59,423 nucleotides of DNA from an uncultured Dactylococcopsis sp. Lineage in GTDB: Bacteria > Cyanobacteriota > Cyanobacteriia > Cyanobacteriales > Rubidibacteraceae. The notes under the pieces are model-generated. The model saw only the letters and a program-made list of their open reading frames with translations, was not told the DNA's origin and searched no databases. Of the stretch, positions 41,146 through 51,399 are shown piece by piece (the stretch's first letter is position 1; each line of letters opens with the position of its first letter). The stretch spans positions 1 through 59,423 of the forward strand of contig CAZAYV010000002.1 in assembly GCA_964489465.1 (NCBI GenBank), given 5' to 3'. Both the position numbers and the translations under genes were made by a program.

Positions 41146-42426
41146 CTCTTTCGCGGTCAGTACTTCCCCTTGCGTCCCAAACGACCACAATGCAGCCGCC
41201 GCCTCCGCACGGGTGACGGCTTTTTCCGGTTGAAACAGTTGTGTATAACCATAAACGCGACGTAAGGTAGATTGTTCGCCATTGGAAAAGTCAGCAACAA
41301 TTGCACTGAGGGCTTTCGGGTCAATTTTACTGGCATCTTGAAAGCCCCATGTTTCTTTCACGGTGTTGACATCAGCAGCAGGGAGATTACTGCGCGTATC
41401 CATAGGGACTTTCCAAAGCAAGAGGGTTTCTCGGGTTAAGGGGGCATCAGGACGAAAACGCGTCACTGTTGTATCTCCGGTTAATCGCGAGGGAATTAAT
41501 CCGGCTTCTGCTAAGCCTTGAATAATGGCAAAATCGGGATCGGAGGGGGGAATATCGGTAAAAGCAGGGGTTTGCGCTTGTCGAACCGGGCGAATTTGTT
41601 GGCTGGCGCGATCGCGATAAAATCGGTTATTGGCCTTAAACAGCCAACGGGCAAAGGTGCGACGGGTGATCGGTTGATTCGGGGCAAACTGCTTCCCACT
41701 TTCAGTCTCATTGGCAATTGGGGTTAAAATTCCGAGTTGAGCGACATCCTGAACATAAGGCGCTAAAGGATTAGGAGTTTGCTCTAAATCGGCAAAAGTC
41801 CCACGAGAAGAGGTCTGGGTTGATTCTTCAGGTTCTTCAGACTGAGGGGTTTCTGCGGTAGTACCGGAATCAGCAAGGGGTTGATATTCAATCAGAAGTC
41901 GTTGCGTTCCTTCGCCTTCTGTCTCCTCAAAAATCGTCACTTGCAGGGCAAGAGAACTAGATTTGGCCCTAAGAACTTGCTCACTCGCCGTTGCCTCACC
42001 CGTAAAGGGCGTAACAATCTCCCAATTCTGTTGGGTTAATGCTTGCTCATAAAACTGGGTAATCTGATCTATCTCATCGGTTGTCGTGATTTCAAGGGTG
42101 CCAGATGAGGTTTCTGCATTCGTTTCTTGACCCACTAACTCAGCATTAGGGTAAAGGGGAATTTCCTCAGGTACTTCTGCTGCTTCTACCGTCGTTTCAG
42201 GAGTCGTCCGGTTGGGATTATCCGCTGGAGGATTCGAGGGATTGGAGGAGTCCGATGAGTCTGAATTAGCGGGTTCTTCCGGAGAAGGCGTAGGGGTCGT
42301 GCTTTCTTCTTGTTCTTGGAGATTGGGATCGGCAGCAAGGCGTTGTTGAATACTCTCACTACATCCAGTGAGCAAGGTAAAGGTAATGAGTAAACTAATA
42401 CTTATTTTTCGCTCGAATAATGGCAT
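41131..42426 (-). CDS. S-layer homology (SLH) domain lipoprotein
   Basis: Lipobox LLTGC; FAPNQPITR, FRPDAPLTR, FQPEKAVTRAEAA. Confidence 0.85.
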   Translation of the reverse strand: MPLFERKISISLLITFTLLTGCSESIQQRLAADPNLQEQEESTTPTPSPEEPANSDSSDSSNPSNPPADNPNRTTPETTVEAAEVPEEIPLYPNAELVGQETNAETSSGTLEITTTDEIDQITQFYEQALTQQNWEIVTPFTGEATASEQVLRAKSSSLALQVTIFEETEGEGTQRLLIEYQPLADSGTTAETPQSEEPEESTQTSSRGTFADLEQTPNPLAPYVQDVAQLGILTPIANETESGKQFAPNQPITRRTFARWLFKANNRFYRDRASQQIRPVRQAQTPAFTDIPPSDPDFAIIQGLAEAGLIPSRLTGDTTVTRFRPDAPLTRETLLLWKVPMDTRSNLPAADVNTVKETWGFQDASKIDPKALSAIVADFSNGEQSTLRRVYGYTQLFQPEKAVTRAEAAAALWSFGTQGEVLTAKELTQD

Positions 42427-42667
42427 TCTATCTTCAAGATGAGATTGGCGATTTGGATATTCACGATCAATTATCGCGAAGTTTAATGCGGTGATGACTT
42501 GCTCCTTGAGCATCGGCTTTAATTTTAATCGGCACAACTCCGCTATCGGTTCGTGCAACCGAGAGGCAACAAAGTTAACCCCATTTTTACAGCTTCAAGT
42601 TTTATTTGAAGTGTGAAAAGAAGACGATGATCCGATCAAAAGTCAACAGGGAAAGATAATTGGGACT

Positions 42668-43366
42668 TCACGATGATTGCTGATTTTTCCATTTTTCCCA
42701 CAAATCCGGACGACGTTCTTGAGTGCGTTTAATTTGTTGTTCTTGTCGCCAGCGCGCGATCGCGCCATGGTTCCCTGATCGTAACACCGGCGGCACTTCC
42801 CAGTCTCGGAACACAGCCGGTTTGGTATATTGCGGATAATCAAGCAATTGAGTTTCAAAGCTCTCGGCTTTGAGAGAATCTGCTTTCCCAATTGTCCCTG
42901 GCAGTAAACGAATCACTCCATTAATTAAGGCTAATGCTGGAATCTCCCCACAAGTGAGAATAAAATCTCCCAATGACACCTCACGAGTGACTAAATTTTC
43001 CCGAATGCGTTCATCCACCCCTTCGTAATGACCGCAAATGAGTACCAACTGCTCAAAGTCTGCCGCTAATTCTCGCAACAACGGCTGATTCATGGGTTCC
43101 CCTTGTGGGGTCATTAAAATTACTTCTTGGGAAGGAAGTTGCGGAAGCGATTCCACAGCCGCAAAAATCGGTTCTGGTTTTAATAACATTCCCACCCCTC
43201 CCCCGTAAGGTTCATCATCCACCCGACGATGCTTATCAAAGGCAAAATCCCGAGGGTTGACGAAATTGACTTCAGCAATCTGTTTTTGGAGTGCTCTTCC
43301 CACTATCCCAGAACTGAGGGGAGAGTGAAAAAAATCAGGAAATAAGGTAATAACGTCAAAACGCAC
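42668..43366 (-). CDS. trmD: tRNA (guanine37-N1)-methyltransferase
   Basis: RFDVITLFP, VDDEPYGGG, CGHYEGVDER, SLGDFILT, SGNH. Confidence 0.97.
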   Translation of the reverse strand: MRFDVITLFPDFFHSPLSSGIVGRALQKQIAEVNFVNPRDFAFDKHRRVDDEPYGGGVGMLLKPEPIFAAVESLPQLPSQEVILMTPQGEPMNQPLLRELAADFEQLVLICGHYEGVDERIRENLVTREVSLGDFILTCGEIPALALINGVIRLLPGTIGKADSLKAESFETQLLDYPQYTKPAVFRDWEVPPVLRSGNHGAIARWRQEQQIKRTQERRPDLWEKWKNQQSS

Positions 43367-43519
43367 GATTGATTTTAGTTTTTGCGGGTGAGTTAATTAT
43401 TTTAGCGAATGACTCAGACTTGCGGAGAAGCCAATCCAGACACCGTAACCACTAGAATAGTGGGTAGTACTATTTTTGAGTACCGAATTAACGTTGCCCT
43501 CAAGTGGAATCTCTCCAGA

Positions 43520-44842
43520 ATGGTGAACCGAGTTTTATTCCCCGCTAGCTCTGAATTTACCGCACTTTGTCGCTCCCAAGTTAGTAATTTACAAGAAGGT
43601 TTAAATGCAGATCGCGGTGCGGTTTACTTAACGAAAGAACTTGCCTCTGGAACGCGACGGCTCATTCCCATTGTGGTTTATCCCGAAGACAGCAACCATT
43701 GGCAAGAGGAAGTGGAGGAAGGAACTGTTATTACATCCGATGATTCATTATTAGAAAATACTCCTTTTGAATTGCCGGCGAGTGCTTCTTCCCCCGAGGG
43801 TACACCACAGTTAACCACAGCGCAAGCGGATCTAATTCCGGATGTGGTGAACCAAAACAATCAGCATCAAATTGTGTTTCCCTTACTCCACGACAATGTC
43901 ATGATGGGTTTACTGGTGATTGCACGGCAACACGCCCAATGGAGTCAATGGGAGTTTACCCAAATTCAGCGGACCGCAGCAACCATTACCCTTGCTTGCG
44001 TTTTAGATCAACGTCACGGACTCTCGCAACACAAACTCCGTCAACAACAATGGCAACAGGAACAACAACGGGATCGCCTGGATGATATTTTGCACCAATT
44101 ACGAAATCCGCTCATGGCGCTGCGAACCTTTGGTAAACTCCTGCTCAAGCGCTTTCAGCCAGAAGAGGACGAGAAAAAACGATCGCTGGCAGAAAATATG
44201 ATGCGAGAAAGTGAACGCCTGCAACAGTTATTAGCAGAAATGGGCGACTACCTGGATCAGATGGCGACGAGGGCAGAAGAAGATATTACCATTGAGACGG
44301 AAACCACTCGTTTGCCAGACGGTGATGCGAATGTCAAATCGTTGCCGCCTAGTGACGCATTACCTTTAGAAACTTTTGCCCTGAGCGAAGTGTTGCCGCC
44401 AATTTTAGAATCAATGCGCGCGATCGCGCAAGACCGGAATATTCAATTAAAAACAGAAATTCCCGATCGCCTGCCGCCGATTCAAGGGAACCGTAAAGCA
44501 TTGCAAGAAGTGCTGAGTAATCTCCTGGATAATGCGATTAAGTATACCCCAGAACAAGGAACGGTGGAAGTGATTGTGCATAACGAGTCGCCGCAGCAAC
44601 AAGGCATTATCATTCGGGATAATGGGGCGGGGATTCCCCCTGCGGATCAATCGAAGATCTTTCAACGTCACTATCGGGGTGTTCAGTCGCAAAGTGCGAT
44701 TCCCGGAACCGGCTTAGGACTCGCGATCGCGCGAGAATATGTGGAACAAATGCAAGGTGAGATTGAACTGATTAGCCCGGCGGTTCCTCCCAACGATCCT
44801 CAGCACGGCAGTGCCTTTGTCGTTTGGTTGCACGCTGCCTAA
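43520..44842 (+). CDS. GAF-domain sensor histidine kinase, Hik2/CSK-like
   Basis: PASSEFTALCRSQV N-terminus, HQLRNPL, NLLDNAIKYT, GTGLGL; ORF open from 43409. Confidence 0.85.
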   Translation: MVNRVLFPASSEFTALCRSQVSNLQEGLNADRGAVYLTKELASGTRRLIPIVVYPEDSNHWQEEVEEGTVITSDDSLLENTPFELPASASSPEGTPQLTTAQADLIPDVVNQNNQHQIVFPLLHDNVMMGLLVIARQHAQWSQWEFTQIQRTAATITLACVLDQRHGLSQHKLRQQQWQQEQQRDRLDDILHQLRNPLMALRTFGKLLLKRFQPEEDEKKRSLAENMMRESERLQQLLAEMGDYLDQMATRAEEDITIETETTRLPDGDANVKSLPPSDALPLETFALSEVLPPILESMRAIAQDRNIQLKTEIPDRLPPIQGNRKALQEVLSNLLDNAIKYTPEQGTVEVIVHNESPQQQGIIIRDNGAGIPPADQSKIFQRHYRGVQSQSAIPGTGLGLAIAREYVEQMQGEIELISPAVPPNDPQHGSAFVVWLHAA

Positions 44843-45368
44843 AAACGTGTGATTTAATTAGAGCGCGATCGCTGCGCTGTTTCTCAACAGGACCATCGCC
44901 CTCTGTTAAGTAGTTTATGAACTTTGCTGATTACCTTTTCATTTTTAGTGACTCGGATACAATCAGGTAGCGTGACTCATTTTGCTCAAATATAGGGTCT
45001 TAACAAACTCAATTGCGCAGTTGGGGTTGCACGACTCTTTTCTCAGAAATTAACCATAAAAGTTAACAGACGGTTAATCTAACACGGCAAAATTTAATGC
45101 TAGGGAATGCTTTTCTAAGATCAATTCATCCACAACTTCCGAAAGATAGATTCTAATCTTTGAGGAAAAAAAATCCATAACTTCCCATAAGTCACCAGTT
45201 TTAGGGAAAAATATTAGTATTTTTTATCCCATGAGAAGACCGTCTCTATAGGAAGATAGAAATCATCTGAGAAGGGCTTTGCAAAGATGAGAGTTATGTT
45301 AATTTGTATTAAGCAATTGGGCTTACCTCTAAGCGACAACATTTGTACATCTGCTCTAGGAACTGATA

Positions 45369-47135
45369 ATGACCAAGACAACCTCTGCTGTGAAGGCTTT
45401 TATCGCCACTTATAACAATGAGCCTTTGACTGACAAAGACCTCGATGGTGCTGTCGAAGCAATTGTTTGCAGTACTCCTTTTACGCACTTACTTCTATCA
45501 CTGATTGACAACGATGTTTTCTCAGCTGAGCTGGGAGAAGAGTTTGCACAAGCCGGTGTGATTGAAAGCTTAGCCGCCTGTCGCCAACTGCGGACTTGTC
45601 TTAACCACTCTCTCAGCCACTTCTTTGGCTTAATTGCCCAACTGATCTCTGGTTTTGATGAACTTGCCGGATCAGAGTGGTACACCTTTTCTAACCGCAT
45701 TCACTCTTCTGAACTGGCAACAACTAAACTGCTGGCTCGACTCCTGCGTAGTCAAGATGGGAAGTTTTACGAAGAGCTTTCCTCACGTCTGGTTGAAACT
45801 GATCGTCACGCCATTTATCCCACGTCCAGCTATCGTCAAAGTCAAGGTTATGTCGTCAGTACCGAGGACGACCAAACCGTGGAAGCAGTGATGAGCACCA
45901 GTACTTTTACTTCCATTAAAGTGCTGGACAATTGCCTCGACCCGCAAGAGACAGTTTTAAGAGATATGTATGTTTCTCTGGGTCGCTGTGTGTGTTTAGT
46001 GGATCAGAATGTGGAACGCTACTATGGCGAGCAGATTAACAATTATTTTGAATATCACGAAATTAAATTAGACAAACTCGTCTATCGCGCTATGGAAGTG
46101 GATAAAGGCATTCGCACGGTTGAGAGAATGCTGGGCGACTTCAAGCGTCTGGGCGTGTCTCGGAATGAACCGGTTTTAATTATCGGCGGGGGGGTTTTAA
46201 CGGATACTGGCGGTTTAGCTTGCGCTCTTTATCACCGCAACACGCCTTATGTTATGCTTTCTACCTCCATTGTCGCTGGGATTGATGCGGGTCCTTCCCC
46301 TCGCACCTGCTGTGATGGCTTTGGATACAAGAACCTTTTTGGGGCTTACCATGCACCGATTCTATCTTTGACGGATCGCTCTTTCTTCAAGACGTTGCGA
46401 GAAGGATGGTTACGACACGGCATTGCTGAGATTCTTAAAATGGCGGCGGTTAAAGATGCTGAATTATTCAGTTACCTAGAACAAGCGGGGCAAGAACTGA
46501 TTACAACCCGTTTCGGCACACTCAACTGCGAACGCCATGACAAAATTAGTGTCCTCTCTCAGAAAATTCTGGGGGCAGCGATGCGGAGCTATGTGGAAGC
46601 CGAGTATGATAACCTCTACGAAACCCATCAGTGCCGTCCTCATGCGTATGGGCATACTTGGTCGCCAGGGTTTGAAATTGAAGCCGGGTTACTGCACGGA
46701 CACGCCGTTGCCATTGGCATGGGCTTTGGTGCTTACTTGAGTTATCGCAATAACTGGCTAAGCGCTAAAGATTTTCATCGTATCCTCAATTTGATTAGTT
46801 CCTTTGGCTTGAGTCTCTGGCATGATGTGCTCTTAAATAAAGAGACAGTTTGGGCTGCCCAAGAAAAAATGGTACAAAAACGCGGTGGAAATTTAGCCGC
46901 ACCCCTGCCAAAAGGAGAAATTGGTCAATGCGGCTATCTCAATCAGCTGACTCGCAATGAACTCGATCGCGCGATCGCGCAATATCAAGAGATTTGTGCT
47001 GAGTATCCCCGGCATGGGCTTGGTATTGAACCCCACTGCCATGATGTGGGCTTAGAAAATCCCGCTACCATTGGTCATCATCTACCCATCGAATCATCCG
47101 AAGAAGCAGAAGAAGAGCTTTTCTCCACCGTTTAA
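45369..47135 (+). CDS. mysA: Sedoheptulose-7-phosphate cyclase (demethyl-4-deoxygadusol synthase-like) with N-terminal extension
   Basis: DHQS-like fold: GGGVLTD..G, IDA, YKN..GAYH, AEILK, AYGHTWSP, LLHGHAV. Confidence 0.75.
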   Translation: MTKTTSAVKAFIATYNNEPLTDKDLDGAVEAIVCSTPFTHLLLSLIDNDVFSAELGEEFAQAGVIESLAACRQLRTCLNHSLSHFFGLIAQLISGFDELAGSEWYTFSNRIHSSELATTKLLARLLRSQDGKFYEELSSRLVETDRHAIYPTSSYRQSQGYVVSTEDDQTVEAVMSTSTFTSIKVLDNCLDPQETVLRDMYVSLGRCVCLVDQNVERYYGEQINNYFEYHEIKLDKLVYRAMEVDKGIRTVERMLGDFKRLGVSRNEPVLIIGGGVLTDTGGLACALYHRNTPYVMLSTSIVAGIDAGPSPRTCCDGFGYKNLFGAYHAPILSLTDRSFFKTLREGWLRHGIAEILKMAAVKDAELFSYLEQAGQELITTRFGTLNCERHDKISVLSQKILGAAMRSYVEAEYDNLYETHQCRPHAYGHTWSPGFEIEAGLLHGHAVAIGMGFGAYLSYRNNWLSAKDFHRILNLISSFGLSLWHDVLLNKETVWAAQEKMVQKRGGNLAAPLPKGEIGQCGYLNQLTRNELDRAIAQYQEICAEYPRHGLGIEPHCHDVGLENPATIGHHLPIESSEEAEEELFSTV

Positions 47136-47166
47136 TTAGCTTTGAAAATATCATCTTGAAATCGCG

Positions 47167-47205
47167 AGCGGGACTTAATTTGGTTTAAGTTCCGCTATTT
47201 CTTTC
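47167..47205 (+). terminator. Intrinsic terminator after the cyclase gene
   Basis: agcgggacttaa...ttaagttccgct followed by a T-rich tract. Confidence 0.75.
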
Positions 47206-47253
47206 TTGGGTCATTCGGACAAAGGACTAGTAGTCTGTCATTGAGTTGGGAGA

Positions 47254-47286
47254 GGGGAGACAAGGAAGACAAGGAAGACAAGGGGA
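47254..47286. repeat. Nonamer tandem repeat GG[G/A]AGACAA x3
   Basis: ggggagacaa ggaagacaa ggaagacaa gggga; related single units near 21024 and 35467. Confidence 0.6.
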
Positions 47287-47915
47287 GGTCATTGCTCATC
47301 CGTAGTATGAATTAATCAATTTCATATAAGGACATGAACTCCCACAACTTTTAGGAGTGGGATGAGTTATCAAAACAATCGTTTGCTATCGCTTAGAGTA
47401 AGTGCTTTAACTCTGGCTATGCCAAGCGATCTCTTCGCGGTCAGGAAAGTAATGCTGGATCTCACCAACACAGGAGACGTTGAGGGGAAGTGGAAAACAG
47501 AGTGGATGAAACCAGCTCTGTTAGGTCAAAAGTAACGTGTTGAAATTTAATTCATAAATTTTCTCTACTGGCATCACTCTTGCAATATCTTTTATTCACC
47601 TAAGAAAATATTCGACAGTACATTTTATTTGTGATATTATTTGGTTATTGTTACGCAGTTGTTCATTGATGAACACAGCTAAAAGTCCTGTTTTGACAAA
47701 AAACACGGAAAAGGCAACTGAGTGAATCCTCGAAAGGAATCAACACTTTGTCGCTATTAAATGTGACTAAGAACACTTAAAGCTATCGCACTATGTTTTC
47801 AGGTGTGGAATCTGTTTAGCACATTTTGAAATCCTGAAATATAGTCGCAGCTTCCTGTTGCCTAGCCTGCAGGGCTATATCTACTCTTAAAAGTCTCGTT
47901 GATTTTGTTTACCGA

Positions 47916-48716
47916 GTGAAAATGATTTCAGTCATGAAAAATCCTGTTTTGTTATCAAATAAAAGGCTAAGTCCTCTTTACTTTCTCGTTCCAGTCACTG
48001 GTTTAATTTGTTTTTCCTCACCCGCTCAGAGTATAAGCTTCTCTACTTCCAGTAGTAATCTTGAACTGGATAATTTTAGTCATATTCCAGAGAGTATTGG
48101 TGTTAATATCGATGTTGAAGCGATCGCCATTTCTAATATGGGGTCTGTCGAGACAGTCGCTGCTTTTGATTCAATTTTTGTTTCTCAAGATCCCCAAGTT
48201 TTTGCACAATCGTTTTCTGAAACAACTGTCAGCGGGAATGGTAGCAGCTATTTTGGCAAAGGAGCAATTAGCTCAGAACTGGTAGGAGAATTTTTTATCG
48301 CAGCTGAAGAAGATTTCTCTTTTAATTACCAAGGTTCATTCAATACAGCTGCAGTTCTGAATAATCCAGACATAGAAAACTCTAGGACACTGGTCAATAT
48401 TTCTTTACTATTAGACCATAACTATGGACAAGAGCAGATCTACGACTTAAGTTTTATCAGCAATAGCCCACAACAATCTGCACTTTCTTTTGCGGGTCAA
48501 TTTCAAGACTCTTTTCGGCAGGATACACCATTAAAATTGTATGCTCAAACCGAAATTCAAAGTTGCCTGCATACCTTTAGAGATAATAGTATTTGTGATT
48601 CACCCCCGCCGATTCCCCCTGCTGCGGCAGTTCCCTTTCAACCGGCTGAGACGTTTGCCATCTTATTAACTTTAGGCTTTTTCTGCTTCCGTTTGATTAA
48701 ACATCAGATAATCTAA
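47916..48716 (+). CDS. Secreted beta-rich protein with PEP/PFE-CTERM-like sorting tail
   Basis: Signal peptide (..SSPAQS); C-terminal Pro-rich linker, VPF motif, TM and basic residues; start may be ATG 47934. Confidence 0.65.
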   Translation: MKMISVMKNPVLLSNKRLSPLYFLVPVTGLICFSSPAQSISFSTSSSNLELDNFSHIPESIGVNIDVEAIAISNMGSVETVAAFDSIFVSQDPQVFAQSFSETTVSGNGSSYFGKGAISSELVGEFFIAAEEDFSFNYQGSFNTAAVLNNPDIENSRTLVNISLLLDHNYGQEQIYDLSFISNSPQQSALSFAGQFQDSFRQDTPLKLYAQTEIQSCLHTFRDNSICDSPPPIPPAAAVPFQPAETFAILLTLGFFCFRLIKHQII

Positions 48717-49424
48717 CTCTCGAGCCAACCAATCTTGAAACATTTGATTCAGAAGCGTTTGATAAACCTCGTCAGTGAGTTCGGCTGGGATGAAATCTTC
48801 CACTAAAAAAATATGGTATCCTTTCTCAGAGGAAACCGGGGTCATGACACTCCCTGGTGTTGCTTGGAAAACATAAGTGGCTAGAGTGGGTTTCAACTGA
48901 GAACGATGCACTTTGCCAACATACCCACATTGAATTCGACGTTCCGGATCAATATCATATAGATGAGCTGCTTGATAAAAGCTCATTTCTTCTTCTTCAA
49001 TTTGATAAAAAAGTTCCCAAGCTAACTTTTCGTAGGGAATAATAATTTCATAGAGCACAATTTGCTCAAATTGGTGCTGATTCTGATTAAAAAAATCTTG
49101 AACTGTTTGAGAGAATAAGTGATCAGCGAGTTTCTGCGCTGCTAAATCTTCATAGATCCCGGCTTCCCAATCTTCCGGCGTAATTAATTCATCAGCCAGC
49201 CAAGCAAAGGTGTCTTCGGCTTTTTCTAAATGTTTCTGCCGCCGTATCTGATCTCCTTGGGCTTGAATTTCTTCGGCAGTAATTTCTATATTATACTTTT
49301 CAATTGCATTCTTAATAATTTTTTGATGTAAGATACTTTTACAAACCCCTTTTAGTTGCACTCGTTTCTTGAGAAATTCTATAATTTCTTGTGTTTCAAT
49401 TTTTTGCCCTGAAACGTCAATCAT
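48672..49424 (-). CDS. Parvulin/rotamase-type peptidyl-prolyl isomerase (T1SS-associated foldase)
   Basis: ITAEEIQ..GD..R, ELFYQIEEEEMSF...A, GYVG, GYHIFLVE. Confidence 0.85.
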   Translation of the reverse strand: MIDVSGQKIETQEIIEFLKKRVQLKGVCKSILHQKIIKNAIEKYNIEITAEEIQAQGDQIRRQKHLEKAEDTFAWLADELITPEDWEAGIYEDLAAQKLADHLFSQTVQDFFNQNQHQFEQIVLYEIIIPYEKLAWELFYQIEEEEMSFYQAAHLYDIDPERRIQCGYVGKVHRSQLKPTLATYVFQATPGSVMTPVSSEKGYHIFLVEDFIPAELTDEVYQTLLNQMFQDWLARELDYLMFNQTEAEKA

Positions 49425-49643
49425 AAGTTTTTATTTGAAATTCATATAACATCTAAATCCTATTTAATACTCATTTTATGAATACTATTGCTGCCCTTCG
49501 TTTTGCTAAGTGCTTTCCTAGATCAACTCAAACAAATATTTTCATTAATCATTTAGTTCTCAATCTAGGTGAGCTGTTTAGACCAAATTAAAGGGCAGAA
49601 TAGTATGTTGTTATTAGTTAGTTTGATAACCTACTCTTCTAGA

Positions 49644-49865
49644 CTACCCTGCAAATGTAAAAGTTAAGGTAGTAGGCTCCCCACTGCCATTATTGATTCC
49701 TACTGCCACAGCGGCGGCAGCACCAGCAGCAGCAGAACCGGCAGGATTAAAATCAAATCCTCCTGCAAAACCAAAGTCAAAGCTCCAGGAACCCCCTTGA
49801 ACTTGATCTTGATGCAATTGGTTAGGTTGACAAAATTCTAAATTATTAATGACTAGTTGAGTCAT
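49644..49865 (-). CDS. Double-glycine-leader secreted peptide 7 (25-aa leader, 48-aa core)
   Basis: VINNLEFC...VQGG|SWSFDFGF; AGGAGG RBS. Confidence 0.8.
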   Translation of the reverse strand: MTQLVINNLEFCQPNQLHQDQVQGGSWSFDFGFAGGFDFNPAGSAAAGAAAAVAVGINNGSGEPTTLTFTFAG

Positions 49866-49907
49866 GAAATTCCTCCTAAATGAAATAGTGTTGATGAATT
49901 AAGTACC

Positions 49908-50102
49908 TTACAAACCAAAGCTGTTAAACCCGAGAGAGACGGCAGCCGTTTTCGTGACAGCAAAAGTAATAGCTGTTGTCTCTGCTTCGGTAAAAGCAAA
50001 AGCAAAAGCAGTGAAGTCGATCCCACCTTGCACTAAGTCGGCATGAGAATAATGACTCTGTTTCAATGGCAATTCTAAATAATCTAAGTCAGAAATGTAC
50101 AT
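49908..50102 (-). CDS. Double-glycine-leader secreted peptide 6 (27-aa leader, 37-aa core)
   Basis: YISDLDYL...VQGG|IDFTAFAFAF; GAGG RBS. Confidence 0.8.
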   Translation of the reverse strand: MYISDLDYLELPLKQSHYSHADLVQGGIDFTAFAFAFTEAETTAITFAVTKTAAVSLGFNSFGL

Positions 50103-50256
50103 GGATTAACCTCTTGGTTACTAGGTTCTAGTTGATGGCAATATAGCTCGATGAAACAATTGCTAAGGTAAGTAAAAGAAAGGAAAGAGGGAAAATATTA
50201 ACTTTCCTTTTGTAGACATCTTTATTGTTTGAGTTTTAGGGAATAGAACAAATTAA

Positions 50257-50466
50257 TTAATTTGCACCTGCTGCAAAAAAGCCACTGAGACCAGAAATAT
50301 TAACCCCAGGAGAACTTACCGCTAAGGACTCGACATTACCGAAAGATATAGAGTTCCTTGTTCCCAGACCTAAGACATTAAAGTTGATGAGTGACTCCGC
50401 TGCACTTCCTTGAATTTTATTAGCTGCATTGACATTTTCGACATGTTCTAAGTTGTTAATAATCAT
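50257..50466 (-). CDS. Double-glycine-type (GS) leader secreted peptide 5 (21-aa leader, 48-aa core)
   Basis: IINNLEHV...IQGS|AAES; AAGGAG RBS. Confidence 0.8.
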   Translation of the reverse strand: MIINNLEHVENVNAANKIQGSAAESLINFNVLGLGTRNSISFGNVESLAVSSPGVNISGLSGFFAAGAN

Positions 50467-50522
50467 GGTAAAGCTCCTTAATTGACATATTTAATTTATA
50501 ACTGATATTTAACCGATATCAA

Positions 50523-50535
50523 TGCCAAATTGGCA
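50523..50535 (-). promoter_or_regulatory. Palindromic operator TGCCAAWTTGGCA, copy 1
   Basis: Near-identical copies at 51688 and 54226; TATAAA/TAAATT 22-24 nt downstream on minus strand. Confidence 0.7.
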
Positions 50536-50573
50536 GAAAAATCACAAAAATGTTCGTTTTTTTGAGTATTATT

Positions 50574-50795
50574 TTATTTCGCTGTTGATGAGACAGATGA
50601 ATAAGAACTAGAGTAGTTTGAAGAAGGTGATGAAATGGCAATGACTTGACTTTCTGCAATGATACTAGTATATTCAGAGCCTTGAGCAAAACCATAGATT
50701 ATAGATGAACTAGTCGCGTTTCCTCCATAGGTATGAAAAACATTGACTTGATTTTCGATCTCTTTTATCTGGTCTAAGTCAGTAATAAATAGCAT
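50574..50795 (-). CDS. Double-glycine-leader secreted peptide 4 (25-aa leader, 48-aa core)
   Basis: FITDLDQI...TYGG|NATSSS; core aligns without gaps to peptides 2 and 5. Confidence 0.75.
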   Translation of the reverse strand: MLFITDLDQIKEIENQVNVFHTYGGNATSSSIIYGFAQGSEYTSIIAESQVIAISSPSSNYSSSYSSVSSTAK

Positions 50796-51030
50796 AATAT
50801 TGATAAATATCTACTTATAAAAAAATAAACACTAACAGAAAATCAATTCTTTGCTAGTGTTTTTTATTCCCATTGATATTGATCCATTAATTTAAGTTTG
50901 ATTTATCATGTAACCGCTGATTATGAAGTGACAACTTAAATTAATGCCATCTTAGGCAAAGCATTCATGTCAGCTTACATAATGTAAACAGAAAATCTAT
51001 CTCAACATACTTCACTTTTAATTGTGAAGC

Positions 51031-51270
51031 TTAGACTGCAGGAGGGGATGAAAAAGATGATGACCTTGAGAATGAACCTGCGGGAGTGTTAGGACCAGCA
51101 GTATCTGAAGCAAGTGCTACATTACTTTCTGTATTAGCACCCCGAACTCCGAACCCTGTAACTCCCAGTATTATCAAATTAGATGATAAAGACGGAGTTG
51201 CGATTAATCCACCTGAAACATTGAGCTGTTCAGAGTTTAAAGTTATGAAATCTAATGAACGAATTTTCAT
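51031..51270 (-). CDS. Double-glycine-leader secreted peptide 3 (21-aa leader, 58-aa core)
   Basis: KIRSLDFI...VSGG|LIATP. Confidence 0.75.
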   Translation of the reverse strand: MKIRSLDFITLNSEQLNVSGGLIATPSLSSNLIILGVTGFGVRGANTESNVALASDTAGPNTPAGSFSRSSSFSSPPAV

Positions 51271-51311
51271 AATGTTACCTAATTCACAAGAAAAAAGATT
51301 ACTTGGGTAAG

Positions 51312-51348
51312 CTGAAAGAAGCTAAATTTTTAATTTAGCTTCTTTCAG
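51312..51348. terminator. Perfect 17-bp-stem hairpin between peptide genes 2 and 3
   Basis: ctgaaagaagctaaatt-ttt-aatttagcttctttcag. Confidence 0.7.
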
Positions 51349-51399
51349 AAAAAGAATGATTTAGCTGCTGACATTTAAGTTAGAAGCTAAAAGATTCAA

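Noticed and set aside
50505-50535. TTGGCA half-site as a sigma-54 -24 element
   Set aside because: No TTGC -12 element at the right spacing, the site is a full palindrome, and cyanobacteria generally lack sigma-54.
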